DNA of 64,000 nucleotides from Camelus ferus (taxonomy: Eukaryota): NCBI RefSeq assembly GCF_009834535.1, contig NC_045712.1, positions 3,038,001 through 3,102,000 on the forward strand. The letters are read 5' to 3'. Below the pieces are notes generated by a model, which had not been told where the DNA came from, searched no databases, and saw only the letters and a program-made list of their open reading frames with translations. Made by a program: the position numbers and the translations under genes. Positions within the stretch are counted from its first letter, which is position 1, and each line of letters begins with the position of its first letter. Of this stretch, positions 12,950 through 26,385 are shown in pieces.

Positions 12950-13275
12950 GATGCACCTTGCTACTTCCACCTGAGGATGATCGATTATCCACTTTGACCC
13001 AAAGTCCTACATATCCCACATCTTCACTGACTGTCCTCTCCCCTGATGGCTGGGCTTTGCCATGATGATTATGTGAGGAATTGCAGTGTTAATATTGTCT
13101 AAAAATACTGAGTCATGGTCAACATTAAAAATTGGTCAGATACTTTAGAAAGGGATTTATTTATTAAGGGCAAACGAGAAACTGCTTTTTGGTTGGTCTT
13201 GGAAAAAAAAATTAACTACTTCCTCATTCCAAAAACATGTTAATTACTTGAATTAAAATAAACATACAAAAACCC

Positions 13276-13277
<2 letters not shown>

Positions 13278-13323
<46 letters not shown>
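13278..13323. repeat. (GT)23 microsatellite
   Basis: Read directly from the sequence. Confidence 0.98.
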
Positions 13324-13324
<1 letters not shown>

Positions 13325-16300
13325 CCTGCACACATATTCAAGTGTCCATTCCTCAAATCTTTTTAAACTTCATAGGAAATGAACTCATTTCCTAGATTAA
13401 CCATTAGAATGGAACAGCTCCTTCATGGTAAGAAAGATAGTGAGGCAAGATCCCCACCTAGTTTACAACAAATAACGTGCACGTCACTTGTATGACTCCT
13501 GTCAAGTCCCTAGGGTATCTTTCTGGGCTGCAGTACATAAGAGAGAACGGAATTTTGCAGACTGCTGCAGCATCAAACAGACCAAGACTTGCAGAGGGAC
13601 AAGTAAGAAAAATCAATTCATTCATTCATCCAAGCAAGCAAGATAGAGAAAGCTCATGGCCCTACATTTGTAGGTCATTCTACAATTTACAAACAGTTTC
13701 TCACCCATTTCCACAACTGTTCTGAACCTTAACTGAGACTCCGCTGGGAGTTATTTCTGTACTGGGTAGAGAAGCAGACGAGCTCAGAGAGACTGTCTTG
13801 CATTCGGACACTGTACCAGGACCTGCTATTTTGCTCAACTCCCGGAAACACCACTCCCATAGCAAAGAATGTTCACTTGTGCAACATGGCAGCCATGAGA
13901 ACCCTTTGTCATTTCTTCCCAGACTGGAAGCTCCCCAGCAATGCTGGAGGACCAGAAGCAAGCTGGATGCTCAGGTCACTGGAAATATGCCCAGTCCCAG
14001 AGCGCATCACAGAAATGGCAGCTGGGGGCTGTTTCTTATTGAGTAAAATAACTTCTTTTAGTGATGCTTTGATGTAGACATAGGTTTTGCTAAGAATGCC
14101 AGCATAATGAAATGTATAAAACACTCTATTTAGTGTCTTAAAAACCTAGTTTCCAGGTTTGGCCACATAGCACCAATTAGGTGTGTAACCACCAAGAAGT
14201 CATTTGACATCTCTGAGCTGTAGTTCTCTCCTCTATTATTTGAAAGTGATGGCATTTGGCATCCCATGATGACTATGAAATTCAAAATGGGTTAATGGAT
14301 TTCAACATGCTTCATAAACTATAAAACGCTACCCAAGTGTGGGATACCATCACTACCGTTACTGCTGATGTTGAAGATTTGCTTGGGAAAAAAAAGAAGA
14401 GACCTATTTTGAGGATAAGAAGGGGATGACAGTCTAAGGGAAAGTGCTCACGGTTGTAAGTCATAGTTCCAAGACAGCTGTCGGCTGCTTAATAAAAGCC
14501 AGTGAAGATGACAAAGTAATTTCTGGTTCAAGCATGAATGCTCAAGTACAGGAGTTTATGTTCGATTGCCAGATGCTTCGAGCGAGCAGCTAAATCCAAA
14601 GACGCCAAAGACACTTCACGCACCAACAATATCCTGGCCTCTCAAGTCCAAGAACTGCATAAACGCACGTTCCAAAAGGAAAGGATGGCACTGGAAAATT
14701 ACCCGGGAGGAGGAAAAACTGTGAAACTGATGAGGAAGGTGGCAAATTCAAAAAGAATCGTTCAATTACCAGTTAGAAAAGGAGGTAAAATGTGAATGGA
14801 GAAAATGCCGCATCTACAGTGTTGGGTGATCAAAAAGATAACATCGCTGTTTCCTAAAGATGAAGATGACTGCGAAGAGGATGCATTCATTTATGATTTT
14901 TAGAAATCTGTCAGTGAAAGATTTCACATGGGTGATTTAAAAGAAACTGTTAAAATGTTTACCTGTATGACTTTACCCAGAAGTGAAGGCTGTGTGTAGT
15001 ACAGCCATCAAGGTGGTAAGCAATGTGTTTATTAAACATTTTCCGTTTTGTTTTGTGGTTGTCTGGTAGATAACTCACATGAGGAGAAAACAGAGAACAA
15101 GCTGTTCACGAGGATGCCTAGTTCTTGGAGTTGCCGTTTCAGGTTCTTGGTGGAATGACGATGATACTGTGTTGCCCGCCTCGCCATCACTGACCCTTGT
15201 CATTATCATCACCATCGCTGTTTACTATGTTACAGGATATATTTACATAATTACAAACAGTCCATTAACCACGTGCCAGGATCTGTGCTAAATACCTGCA
15301 TTTGTGACCTCACTAAAATTTAAGCATTATGAGGGCAAGGAGCACATCTTTCTGGCTCAGCACAGGTCCCTGACAGATAGCCTAGTTAATGACAAGATAG
15401 GTGTGATAAATATCTGTAGAGTGAATGGATCACCACCAGTTAGACTTCACCACTCTACGAGAGGTATATCGTTCTCACCATGTAATATGCTATGGACCCT
15501 GAGCCTTCCTTAAAGAGGCTAAATATATTTCCCAAGGCCGCAGACCTAGTTAGAAGGAGAAAATAGGTATTCAGTCCCAGGTGCAGTTGACTGGAAAGCC
15601 CTCTATGCTACTGTTTTCCATTCCAATATGACGGCGGCTGACTGCTCACTTTAATTCATTGTGAAAGAGGTGTTTGGGTGGCTGCCAATGCTTAGGCGTA
15701 AATGAGCTTTGTCTAATTCTCTTTTTATTCTGATAGAATGTGACATGATGTGTTGGAACCAGGGATACTTGCAGGAGTCAACTCATGGGAAGGAGGAAGG
15801 GAAAACAGGACTCCAGTGGAGCCCAGGGGATGAGGAGAGAAAAGGATTCAAGAGAAGAATGGCAAGAATCAGCTCCAGAAAAGCCCAAAAGGAATCATTA
15901 CACTTTACTGTCTCATGCTCCGAAAGGTAGCAGTGTCTAGGTTATTTCTGGAAACCAGCCCCATCAATGAAGGCTCAGTTCAAGAGGAGGCAAAAACACA
16001 TGGATGTAAAACATTTCCAAGTTAAAAATAAATCATTTCAAAGCATTATATATTGGAAAATTGGACCCCTGAATGATGGGATTAAGCATGTGGACAACGG
16101 AGACAGACTTCTGAGTTTTAATTCAATTTCAGTCACTCACTGACTGTGTGGACCCTAGGGCAATTATTTCATTTCTCATAGCCTCGGTTTTTCCCAGATT
16201 TAATGGGAATGACACCATAGTCCTCATACTTCTAGGATTAAATGAGCAATTTAAGACAAAGGTTTAGAAGTCAAACTTACCACGTAATAAATGTTAGCTA

Positions 16301-17238
16301 TTCCTAAGAAACCCGCAGAAACAAAGATGCCTCCATAGTTCTTTTTGAGTAAATGCCCAGATCTTTACAATGGCCCACAACGCCTTACCAGACCTCAATC
16401 AACACTTTTGTGAAAGACAGAAATGTGAAGGTATAACCTCTTTAAGGTACAAAGGTTGATAGCTGTACCATGTATACCCAAACTACAAACCACTGTCTAA
16501 TCTAGACTCGTGACAAGACAAGAGGGTGCAGATTCTAAACAGAAAGCTGCTCTTACAGACTAGAAGTAGTTAAGAAACTGATCTGTGGAGTCAGAAATAT
16601 CTGGATGCAAATTTTAGCTCTACCACTTACTGGTTGACTGAGTATGGCTAGGTCACTTGACTTGTTAAGTCAGTTAATTTTTTCCTAACTTTAATTGTCC
16701 TATGGCCACATGTAACATGACTGACACATATTCAGTGTTTGATACAAGTTATCATCATCATCACCACCATCATCACCATCTTCATCACTGAATCTATCTG
16801 TTGTGCCTGGATTGTAACTGCAGGAACTTTTAAAGAAAAACAGTTTCTCCTAAAATGTGCAAAGTTCGGGGAGGGAGAGAGAAAAATTTAGTGAAAGGAA
16901 AACGTTCGTATAAATCTCCGAAGCAATATTGTGGGTTTCTAAGTCATGACAAAATCTGCCTCAACTTTACATGGAAGCAAAAGAGGAAACAAAACTGACA
17001 GCTTCTAAAAATGGTAACAGATGCTCAAAACAATTTCGCGGCGAGTGAAAGTATCATAAGGAAATTATCATTGTACACAGACGTTTCTTCGCCAGGACAA
17101 TGTACAGACACCCAGATAAACAGCACAGGTGCCGTCTTGTTCACTTGCCAGGGCAACACACCAGGTTTGAAGACGGTCCCCAGAATGACATCAAGTCAAG
17201 ATCATCTTGCTTGTTGCATCCACATTCCAGGACCTCCA

Positions 17239-17402
17239 NNNNNNNNNNNNNNNNNNNNNNNNNNNNNNNNNNNNNNNNNNNNNNNNNNNNNNNNNNNNNN
17301 NNNNNNNNNNNNNNNNNNNNNNNNNNNNNNNNNNNNNNNNNNNNNNNNNNNNNNNNNNNNNNNNNNNNNNNNNNNNNNNNNNNNNNNNNNNNNNNNNNNN
17401 NN
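17239..17402. other. Assembly gap, 164 N
   Basis: Run of N. Confidence 1.
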
Positions 17403-18249
17403 GGGCATGGCCAAAAATATACTGTACTGAGGGACACGAAAGGTCTGAACAAAGCTTAGGTGAGCGGCATCTTTGGCTTTTAAATACGGAATCTTTTTAA
17501 ACGTTTGTTGTCCCCTCTTGTCTTCTATTTGATAATTCTCCAGAGGCCAGAAACCACACAAAGACTAAGAGTGGCTTTTGAAAGCAGCAGCAGAGATTCC
17601 CACAGACGCTGTTAAGACTGCTTCTCTCACAGGGTCACCCTGAGGCACATGCCTGACTCTGTACAACGGATCCACGTGGGAGCCGGGGTGCCAAACTTCT
17701 GAGGGCAATCCACTCTCTAATCAGAGTCAGTAGAACTGACTAACAATTAAGAGATCTGGATTCTAATCCAGAAAGGTACTTACATGATGCTAAACACAGA
17801 TTGAGCAACCTCATCATGTGAGAGGTTGAGGGGCACACACACTCAATCCCCATTTCTTTCACAAGCTCAGTCTGAATGATCTTGATTATGTAGATAACCT
17901 AGTAATGGTGGCAAGTGGGACCTGAATAAATCAGATAAATTACATAGGTTTAACTTCATAAGACTTTCCCTTTCCACGTTATTTGACAATATAGAGCAGG
18001 CCAAAAGTAATTTACATGCTGGGATGGTTTTATAAGAAGAGAGTAATAATTTTAAAAAAAAGCAACAAAAAATAATCAGTATGATTATGTGTCAGATACC
18101 GTGCTAGCTTCTTTCCATAAATTATCTCATTTCCTCCTCATAATAACTCTATTAGGATTCCAGGACCTCTCTAAAGTCTCTTCCATTAGTAGCTCAGGGA
18201 TTTTTTTTAAAAAGGCATAAACTATAAGGATGGAGAGAATGGTTGGGAT

Positions 18250-20545
18250 GATTCATGATTAAGAATGGTCTTAATCATTAAACTTGGGGGTGCTGGGAAG
18301 CAACTGGATGTTAGCAGACAAGAAGCCTGAATCCTAAGCTGGCAGCGGGGAAATAAACACCAGGAGCAGCTTGACTTTTAGTCTTTAGTTTATGCCCCCA
18401 AGATTCAGGAAGTGGTGGCATCACTTGCTGCCGGAAGTGCAGGGAATGGAGCCCCGGATGAATTTTGTTTAGAATCAGTTAAGTCCCCAGATATCTTCCC
18501 TTATTCCAGGCGCCCAGGTGACGAGCCTTCCTTACCCTGGAAGTATGCTGGGATTTTACCTTCTAAGCAGAGAAAGGCTTCTGGGCCTGGAGATACCAGG
18601 TTCAAAGGAGGGTAGCAGGGATTCTGTGAATATGTACATCATGAATGTTGAGATTCCCAACGCTCTTCCTCCATATGGCTCCCAGGACACTAGCAGTGAG
18701 ATGCCTGTCTTTAGGGACTGTGATCAACTTAAAAATACTGACATAGGGAGGTATTCCCCTCAAAATGGCTCAGTCGTATTGAACTCTTAGTCAATAGACT
18801 TCACTCACAGGTTCCTGGCTTTTTCATGCTTCACTCTTTCGTGCCAACTGAGAATCACTAGACATCTGAGGACAGCTTCTAACATAAAAGATCAAGTCCA
18901 AGGCAAGAAAAGAAAATCTATCGTTAATATTTCCAGAGAAATAGGAGATATGGAATGCATGCGTAGACAAAGAAGCCCCAACAGTGCAAATAAGGAACAT
19001 TCAGAGACTAAAAGAGAGTTGCTGGAAAGTTAAGCCATGACAATTGGGAGTTAAAAGATAACTTGGCTAACTTGTCCTGTGGGCCAGTATCCAAGAAAGG
19101 AGGAGGCTTTGTGCACAGCTCTGTGAAAACTAGCCATGGCCCAGCATTTAGGACAGTTCATCCGAGTCAACTCTAGCTCTTGGCCCCAGTCCCCCGTCAT
19201 GTCAGTGGTCTCCAATCATGAACACTGAGGTGGTATTCCTGCATTCGCTTGTACACTAGGAACCACAAGGCTTGCCCTCTGGCCTGCAGATCATGCTAAG
19301 AAAGAAGAAAGATCTGCCTGCATAATCGTGCACTTTGAAGCCCTAGAGCCCAAGACGCAGCACGCCCTCTTGTCAGGTGACAGCTTGCTCGGTTTCTGCA
19401 GGTTGCCCCAGAATGCCGTGGACAGTGGGGGACTTGCATTCCCACCAGTGCTCGTGTCTCTGTGGATTTCTCCCTGGGAATGCTGCTGCAGCACGTCCGA
19501 TGTCTGTGCAGCCTGGCTACCTGCCTCTGTTTGCCTGGCCATGGCAGAGATGAAAATTAGTTGGAAGAGGAATCTGAGGAAAATTTCTGAAGGACAGAGG
19601 AAAAATGCAAAAATGAAACATATTAAGGATGAGAGAAAAATCACAGGAAAAAGATAGGAGAGAAATAATCCTCAATAAAAGAGTACCCCCAATTTCCCAG
19701 AAGGAAAAGGACACCTGTTTGCAAGTTAAATAGGCCCACTTAGTAACAAACAGAAACAAGAAAATGAAGAGAACAGCCTGTAAGTGTCCAGAGGGAGACA
19801 GAGGAAAAACAAAAACAAAAACAGGTCACACGCGGAAAAAAAAAAATAGAATTGTTTTGGACTTCTCAACGGCAATGTTGGAATCTGGAAGGCAACAAGT
19901 CAATACCTTCAAAATTCAGAAGAAAAATTATTTCTAGCCTAGAATTCTACTCCCAGCCAAACTATCATCATGTGTGAGAGTTAAAGAAAGCAACGTGTTG
20001 AAAAGCAAGGATTTCCCAGGAAACCCCTGCAGTATGTGCTTCAAAAAAGGAAGGAAGACACAAGATTTAGGAAATTAAATAGGGGATCCAAAATAGGAAA
20101 GAGAGGGTGGAAAGTCCCATGAAGATGATGAAATAGCATCCTAGAAGGATATTTTAGAGTAAATGTCTAATCATATTTTTAAAAAAATTTTGAAAACTGG
20201 CCAAAAGCTTTGGTTCAAATTAGTGATATGTATATAGAAGGTAAGTAAGTAAACAAAAAGACAGTAGAGAAATAAAAAAGATATGAAAAGGAAATAAAAG
20301 GAAATGAATCACAGTATGTTCCATTGCTCACTTGGGAATTGCTTTGCATAGTCACAATTATGTAATGTAGATTAACAATCTAGCCAGAATTACGATGTAT
20401 TTAGGTAATAAGAAGGGTACCATGTGGGTCTGGGGTGTGTGAAAAAGAGCTAAAAACTCCTTTCTGTAGCGAGTCAAAAAATAATCCCTAAAATGGGAAA
20501 ATCAAGACATAGCAAAATAAGCACATTAAAGATATGAAAAGAATG
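18250..20545 (+). mobile_element. HAL1 (half-L1, ORF1-only LINE), near full length, interrupted at 19043-19537
   Basis: Decayed ORF1 C-terminus (gacttctcaacggcaatgttggaatctggaaggcaa...cctagaattctactcccagccaaactatca) is followed directly by HAL1-type 3' sequence with no ORF2. The 5' part also matches HAL1 as I recall it. Confidence 0.7.
19043..19537 (+). mobile_element. Insert inside HAL1; probably a decayed class III (ERVL-like) pol RT-connection/RNase H fragment
   Basis: One frame from 19079 reads ...KEEAL-x12-LGQF...LGTTRLALWPADHAKKEERSACIIVHFEALEPKTQH..., with 2 stops. Its motif spacing parallels ERVL pol as I recall it (QEKAL-x12-LGPY...LGFWSKALPSSADNYSPFEKQLLACYWALVETERLTMGH). Confidence 0.5.
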
Positions 20546-23134
20546 CAAAACCAAAAAACCAACAAACAAAGGCCCCCACACTGCGGGTGGTTACCTCTAG
20601 GAAACCAGGAGCATGTATCGTTTTCATATTAATGCTCTCTATAGGACCCTGGAGAAAAAAATTAAAACTAAGAAAACAAAATTTTATCAGGTGGACATTA
20701 TCATGCCTATTTCAGAGATGAGGAAACTGAGGCTCAGCAAGTCACACAGTAAGTAAGTAGTGGAGGGGAAATTTTCATCAGGGTCTGGGGTGTTCTTAAC
20801 TGCGGGATATACTTAGTTGCCTCTAGAAGGGAAAAGACTCATTGTTTTGCAAATTGTCTTTTAAGTGTCAGGCTGTGTGCTCAGTGCCCTGCACAATGCT
20901 ACCTCACTTAAGGTTCCTAATAACTCATCTTGGTGGGTATTATTCCTATTTTAGGAAGGCAGAATCAGAAGCTTCCAGAGGAAATGGTTAAGATCAGAAT
21001 CTGAAGGGAGATTTCAAAGCCTACGGCGCTTTGACCAGCACCACGTCCTCAAACCCTCCCCGTTACAGTAGTGAGTTGAGGGTACTCTCAACCTTTACAT
21101 GAGATTCCTAAAGTTTTCTTACTGTCAGCCCTGCCTCTTTGACCTGCTGTTACTGAGTCTCAAAAAATTCAACTCTGATGTGTCTGTTTTCTCTGGAGGA
21201 TCTGCGCCAGGCAGAACGTTTCCTGACGGATTTCTCGTTCTGTCACCTAACGTTCGTTCATTCAGGCGAATGGCAGTTTTCGGCTTGACACACTACATCT
21301 CCGAACAAAGACTTCGGAATGACACATTTGCATTTTCCCTACATTGACAACAGAAAAAGATTTCAGCACAGATGGAAAACTGTCCAAACTTGACATAAGA
21401 TCATCCTGCCCAAGAATTAACAGCCCTCCTCTTCTAGGAGGGGACACCGTCTCAAATATGGAAATACACATTCTCTCCACACTGAATATTAAGTGATGGT
21501 TAGTCTAGATCTCAAAGGATGTTCCTCGGAGAACCCAGAGGAGGAGTACACCGCAGAAACATCATCCACCCTGATCGTCCCACTACTGAACATTACGAGG
21601 GTCAGTTCTGGTTTATCGCTGTTGTTTCAGTCTATCAACCACACGCCGTTCATTCTACTTTGGATGAAAAACTACATAATAGCCTAGTGGTAATGCATCG
21701 TCTCTGCCATCGTGGTACGCCGGCACGGAATCGACTGGATCCCCTATTCCTGTTTTGCTCCCACGCCAACATACGTGTTACCAAGCCTGTCCACTGTCAC
21801 ACAGATGGATAAGGGGGCATTATCCTCCTTGGTCACCTCCTCGGTGACCTCACTTTCCAACAAGGTATCATCCAGAAAACAAGCATGCATTTTCCTAACC
21901 TAATGCCCTGTTCTACATACTGTTTTAAAATAAAGCCAACTTTACTTCCTAGGTGCTTTAAATTAAACCAGGTTATGTGACAAATGACAGCACCCTTTCA
22001 GTCCGACATTATACATAACCACAGGCAGAGCCAGGTGACGCCTTGTGTAGGCTATTGATTAAAAGGAGCTGATATCCATCTTTCCAAGCACAGAGTAATC
22101 CTCTGGCATTACAGAAATGATGACAATCTTACAGAGAAGGTTAATCAGATACATGGGAAATCATAGCTGCTTCGTGATAAAGTAGACGTCACTCAGGGAT
22201 CAATCACAGACCCCAGCCACCCACGCCACCGTCCCTCGGAAAACAGAATTCAAGCAGGCAGACACTGGTTTGTCGAAGACCTAGTGCAAAACAAGACATT
22301 CTGCAGGTTTGAAGCGTTTTGCCTGCTGAGAGCATTGATCTGTGGGTTTTATAATACATGCACAACGGTAAACAACATAAATAGAAGAAGCAGATACAGA
22401 GTAATGATTTACTTTTACTGAGAGGAGGGTGACTAATCTCTCAGACCTCAGTGCTGTTACAAAAACACTGCTGGATTTCTGGCACATTTTTAGGGAGCCT
22501 TAGTAAGACACAAAGTTAAGCTCTTTGAGACATTGCTCTTGGACAGCTGTAGTGGAGGCGACAGGAGCAGGCAGTGAGAGGAACACAAGCACGATGCCAT
22601 CGGCTGTCACTTAGAGGGACCTACTCAATGCCAGGGGCTGGTCCAGGTGTTCCAGAGCGAACTCAAATCCTTCCAACAATGGGATTTCCCATTTTCTAGA
22701 GAAGGAGACTCACACTTGTCAAGATGAATTTGTTCTATGTCACAGACCCGCTCAGAGGGGCTGGAGCTGGTACATGAAACTAGGCTGTCTGACGGCACAG
22801 CCCAGATGCCCTTCACTGGGCCCCGTGACAACCCCTATATTTCCCTGGTCTGTCACTTATTAATTTGTTTAGCTGTGACTTTAATAATAAGAATTTGCTA
22901 GCTTCTACGGGAGGCAACACAAGAGAGTACAAGGAAGCAAAGGCTACTGGGCCTTTGCTTGGATATGCAATTTCCCCTTTCTGGTTTCCTCTACAAAAGG
23001 GCTGGAAGAAATGACCTCATCTTCTAAGAATCTCAGAGGGTCCTTCCAGTTGGGTCAGTTCGTGAGTCGACTGTGACAACAGGATGATCCTAACATGCTG
23101 TAAAAGGAGACCTGGTTATGTGGTCTGATCATTT

Positions 23135-23470
23135 GCTCATTCATTCATTCATTCATTCATTCAAGAGATAGTTACAGAGCATCTTATATTTGCAAGGCAG
23201 GTGCTGAAGACTGTGGGAACAGGCCAGGAGTTCTGGCCCTCATGAAGCTTACTTTCTAGTTAGGGTGATGCATGATGGGAGTATAAGTAAACAGAAACAA
23301 AAAATATGTTCTGATTTTGAAAATGTGTTAGGAAAGAAATGAATAGGGTACCATGACAGAGAATCCTAGGAGGAAACTTCTGAAGTGAAGGCTAGAGGAG
23401 ATTCCTGAAGATTTGAGATCTGAAGGGAGACAAGGAGTCAGCCACAAAGTGTAATTAGGAAGTGGGGTGC
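23135..23470 (-). mobile_element. L2 LINE 3' fragment
   Basis: (CATT)n tail, then ctggccctcatgaagcttactttctag. Confidence 0.7.
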
Positions 23471-23594
23471 ACAGGAGGAGGGTTTTATAACTCAGAGAAA
23501 AGTTACCCAAACAGCTCATAATATGATAATAACTATATGAAGATAACACTATGAAAGACAAAGACAAACATGCCAGCATACTTGAACATGCATG

Positions 23595-23600
<6 letters not shown>

Positions 23601-23638
<38 letters not shown>
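23601..23638. repeat. (CA)19 microsatellite preceded by GCGCGCG
   Basis: Read directly. The alternating purine-pyrimidine run spans 23586-23638. Confidence 0.98.
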
Positions 23639-23639
<1 letters not shown>

Positions 23640-25899
23640 GTAGACCCTACTTCTGGTAGGTATTTGCATCATCAAAGCTCATTGGCAGAATGAAAATAAA
23701 AACAATAAAAAACACATAAATATATAAATAAATGAAACAGATATGCCTCATTCTTTAGGTGAGAAAATTGAAGCTCAGAGAGATTATGAAGTTTGGTCCA
23801 GGTCCCCTAAGCTAAGAAAGCAAATAGGCTAAAGCTAAGGTAACTTAAGTCCACTGGTACCATATGCATGTACCATAGCACTGAGGCTTGCCTTGGTCAG
23901 CACACCTGGTGGGATTTATATTATCCAGAGCCCAACCACAAGTTCTACTCCTGGTGTCTCACCATATGGCCTCCAGGTAATCAGTTCAACCCAGTGACAC
24001 AGCCAGTAATGCTAGCTATTGCTCCAGGCTAGCTTAGGGGATTCCACAGAAGATTTTTCTAGAGGCTTCAAACTTTAAGTTGCCAATCTATACCATAATG
24101 ACAATAATGATGATACGTAATGCCTACTATATGTCTGCCACGTGGACGGGTACTATACTGAGCACGTGGCAGAATCCTCATTTAATTCTGCCGTCATCTT
24201 TATGAGGTAGGCACCATTTTTATTTTCATTGAATGATTCAATGGCTCAAAGTCTCAGAGACAGCAGACTGTCATGGAAACACCACTGAACATTTAGTTTT
24301 AAGACTGGAGTCTAACTTGGGATTGACGTTTACTAGCTGGGTGTCTGAAACATGCCTTGTTACCTTTCTGAGCCTCAGTGTCCTTGTAAAATGGGAAAAC
24401 AGAACCCATTTCTGTTTGCCTCACTCAGTCAAGGTGGCATATGTTCTGTGTCATGTGAAGTGGCCAGTATTATTTTCCTGTGGACACTGGGTCATCTCTT
24501 CCTTTATTTGAATAAAATAGTAAATGGCAGATGACACAGAAAGCAGCCCAAGCTAAAATGCTGAGCAAGCCTGTAAGTGCAGTTTGTGTACAGTATCCAA
24601 CAGGCACGGATCTGACAGATATTAAGTTAGTCCAAGTACTAAAGAAGGATGCTGGGTGGGAGAGAGGGCAGATGGATGGATTCGGACAGGAACACATAAG
24701 TAGGCCTAAGTGTCTGGTAATGTTCTAGTTCTTAAGTTGACCAGGGGGCTACAGATATTTATTATTTTAATACAATAATACACAGAATTCAAACAAGAGT
24801 TATAAACACCCAAGGGGAAATAAGGGCCCGTCATTATTGGCTGTCAATTAGCTGGGAGTCACTTCTTCACCAGAAAAATGAATCATGCCTTATTTCTTAC
24901 TGGTTTCTCAAAATTTACCAAACTGTATGCTTAACATGAGAGATTCAAAAATGAACAATAATCAAGTGGGAGTCATAAATCGACTGTTACAAAAATGTGA
25001 TCAGTAAAATGAGAGAGACGTTCACAGAGAAATATGGGAGTGGTAGGTAGCGAGGGACTAACAAGGATAACTCCCAGTGTTTTCCTACCGTGGGAGAATG
25101 GAATGGATGGAGCTGCAACCAAACAAAAGAGAGAGCTCAGCAGGAAACGCTAGTGCTGAGTGAAAGGAAACGGTGGAGATGACGTGGCAGGGATGCTTTC
25201 TTTGTGAAGCCAAGGATGCAGAGGCAGAGGCAAGGTGTTTGTGGAGCACGGCTGATTGGCCAGGTGCTGGGGCTGTCCATGGGGGTGCTGTGAACAGCAG
25301 TCCGAGAGAGGAGGAAGCAAACATTTGAATTCTGATGTGTCCTCATTAATGCCAATACATTATCTAATTTAGTCTTCCCAACAATCCTCGGTAACAGGTT
25401 CTGTTATACCCATTTCACAAGTTCACTGTGAACAGCTTGGGAGTGATAATGCTGAGATTTGAGCCTGATTCATCTGTCTGCAAAGCCTGAAACTGACCCC
25501 CCTATAATATGTAAGTAGAGATGGGAACAGATGGGTGCTATTGGATATACCAGAGAACTTTCCTACCCAGTACTGTGCAGTTACTATCCAGCACGGTGTC
25601 ACAGGAATAGAGAGGGACAGGCCGAGCGTCTGTAGAGCTCCAGCGGATGGAAGACTGGATGAGAGTGGTCTCCAACCGGCCCTCAGGAGGAGAGCGGAGG
25701 GCTGTGCCCACAGTAGAAGCAGGATAGAGAGAAGCACCTGAGTAACTGAGATCATAAAGCTGGTGATCCCTAAGAAAGTGTCAAGCTGCAGGAATTATAT
25801 GATTCCTGGATATCAGAGCTGGTGAATTTATTTTATTACTCCCCATTTTTCTTTCTTTTTTTTTTCCCAGTGTGCAGAATAGATTATAACTTACTGTTT

Positions 25900-26385
25900 C
25901 CTTTTAAAATTGAGGTATCATTCACAGAACATAAAAATCACCGTTTTAAAGTATACAATTCAGCGGTTTTTGTATATTTACTATTTGTGCAACCGTCACT
26001 AATTCCATAATGTTCCGTGACCTCAAAACAAAAGAAAACAAAACACCTGGGCCTGTGAAGAGTCAACCTCAACTTTCCCCTTCCGCCATCTCCTGGTAAA
26101 AGCTAATCTACTTTCTGTTTCTGGGAAGGTGCCTGTTCTAGACACTTCATATGAATGGAATCGTACAACATAAAGCCTTTTGTGTTCAGCTTCTTTCATT
26201 TGGTATCATGTTTTTAAGATTCGTCTATGCATCAGTATTTCATCTCTCTCTGTGGATTAATAACAGTCCATCGTACGGAGAGACCACATTCGGTTTACCC
26301 ATTCATCAGATGGCGGACATGTGGTTCCCACTGTTGGTTACTATGAAAAATGTTGCTATGAACATTCATGAACAAGTTTTCATTG
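25900..26385 (-). mobile_element. L1MB-type 3' end
   Basis: ttttaaagtatacaattcagcggtttttgtatatt...ctaatctactttctgtttct...atatgaatggaatcgtacaa...gttgctatgaacattcatgaacaag. Confidence 0.8.

Noticed and set aside
17011-17561. ORFs spanning the first N gap
   Set aside because: Artefacts of N runs that contain no stop codons.
21362-21380. REST/RE1-like TTCAGCACAGATGGAAA (also CAGCAAATGTGGACAGC near 41745)
   Set aside because: Half-site spacing is off by one, with core mismatches.
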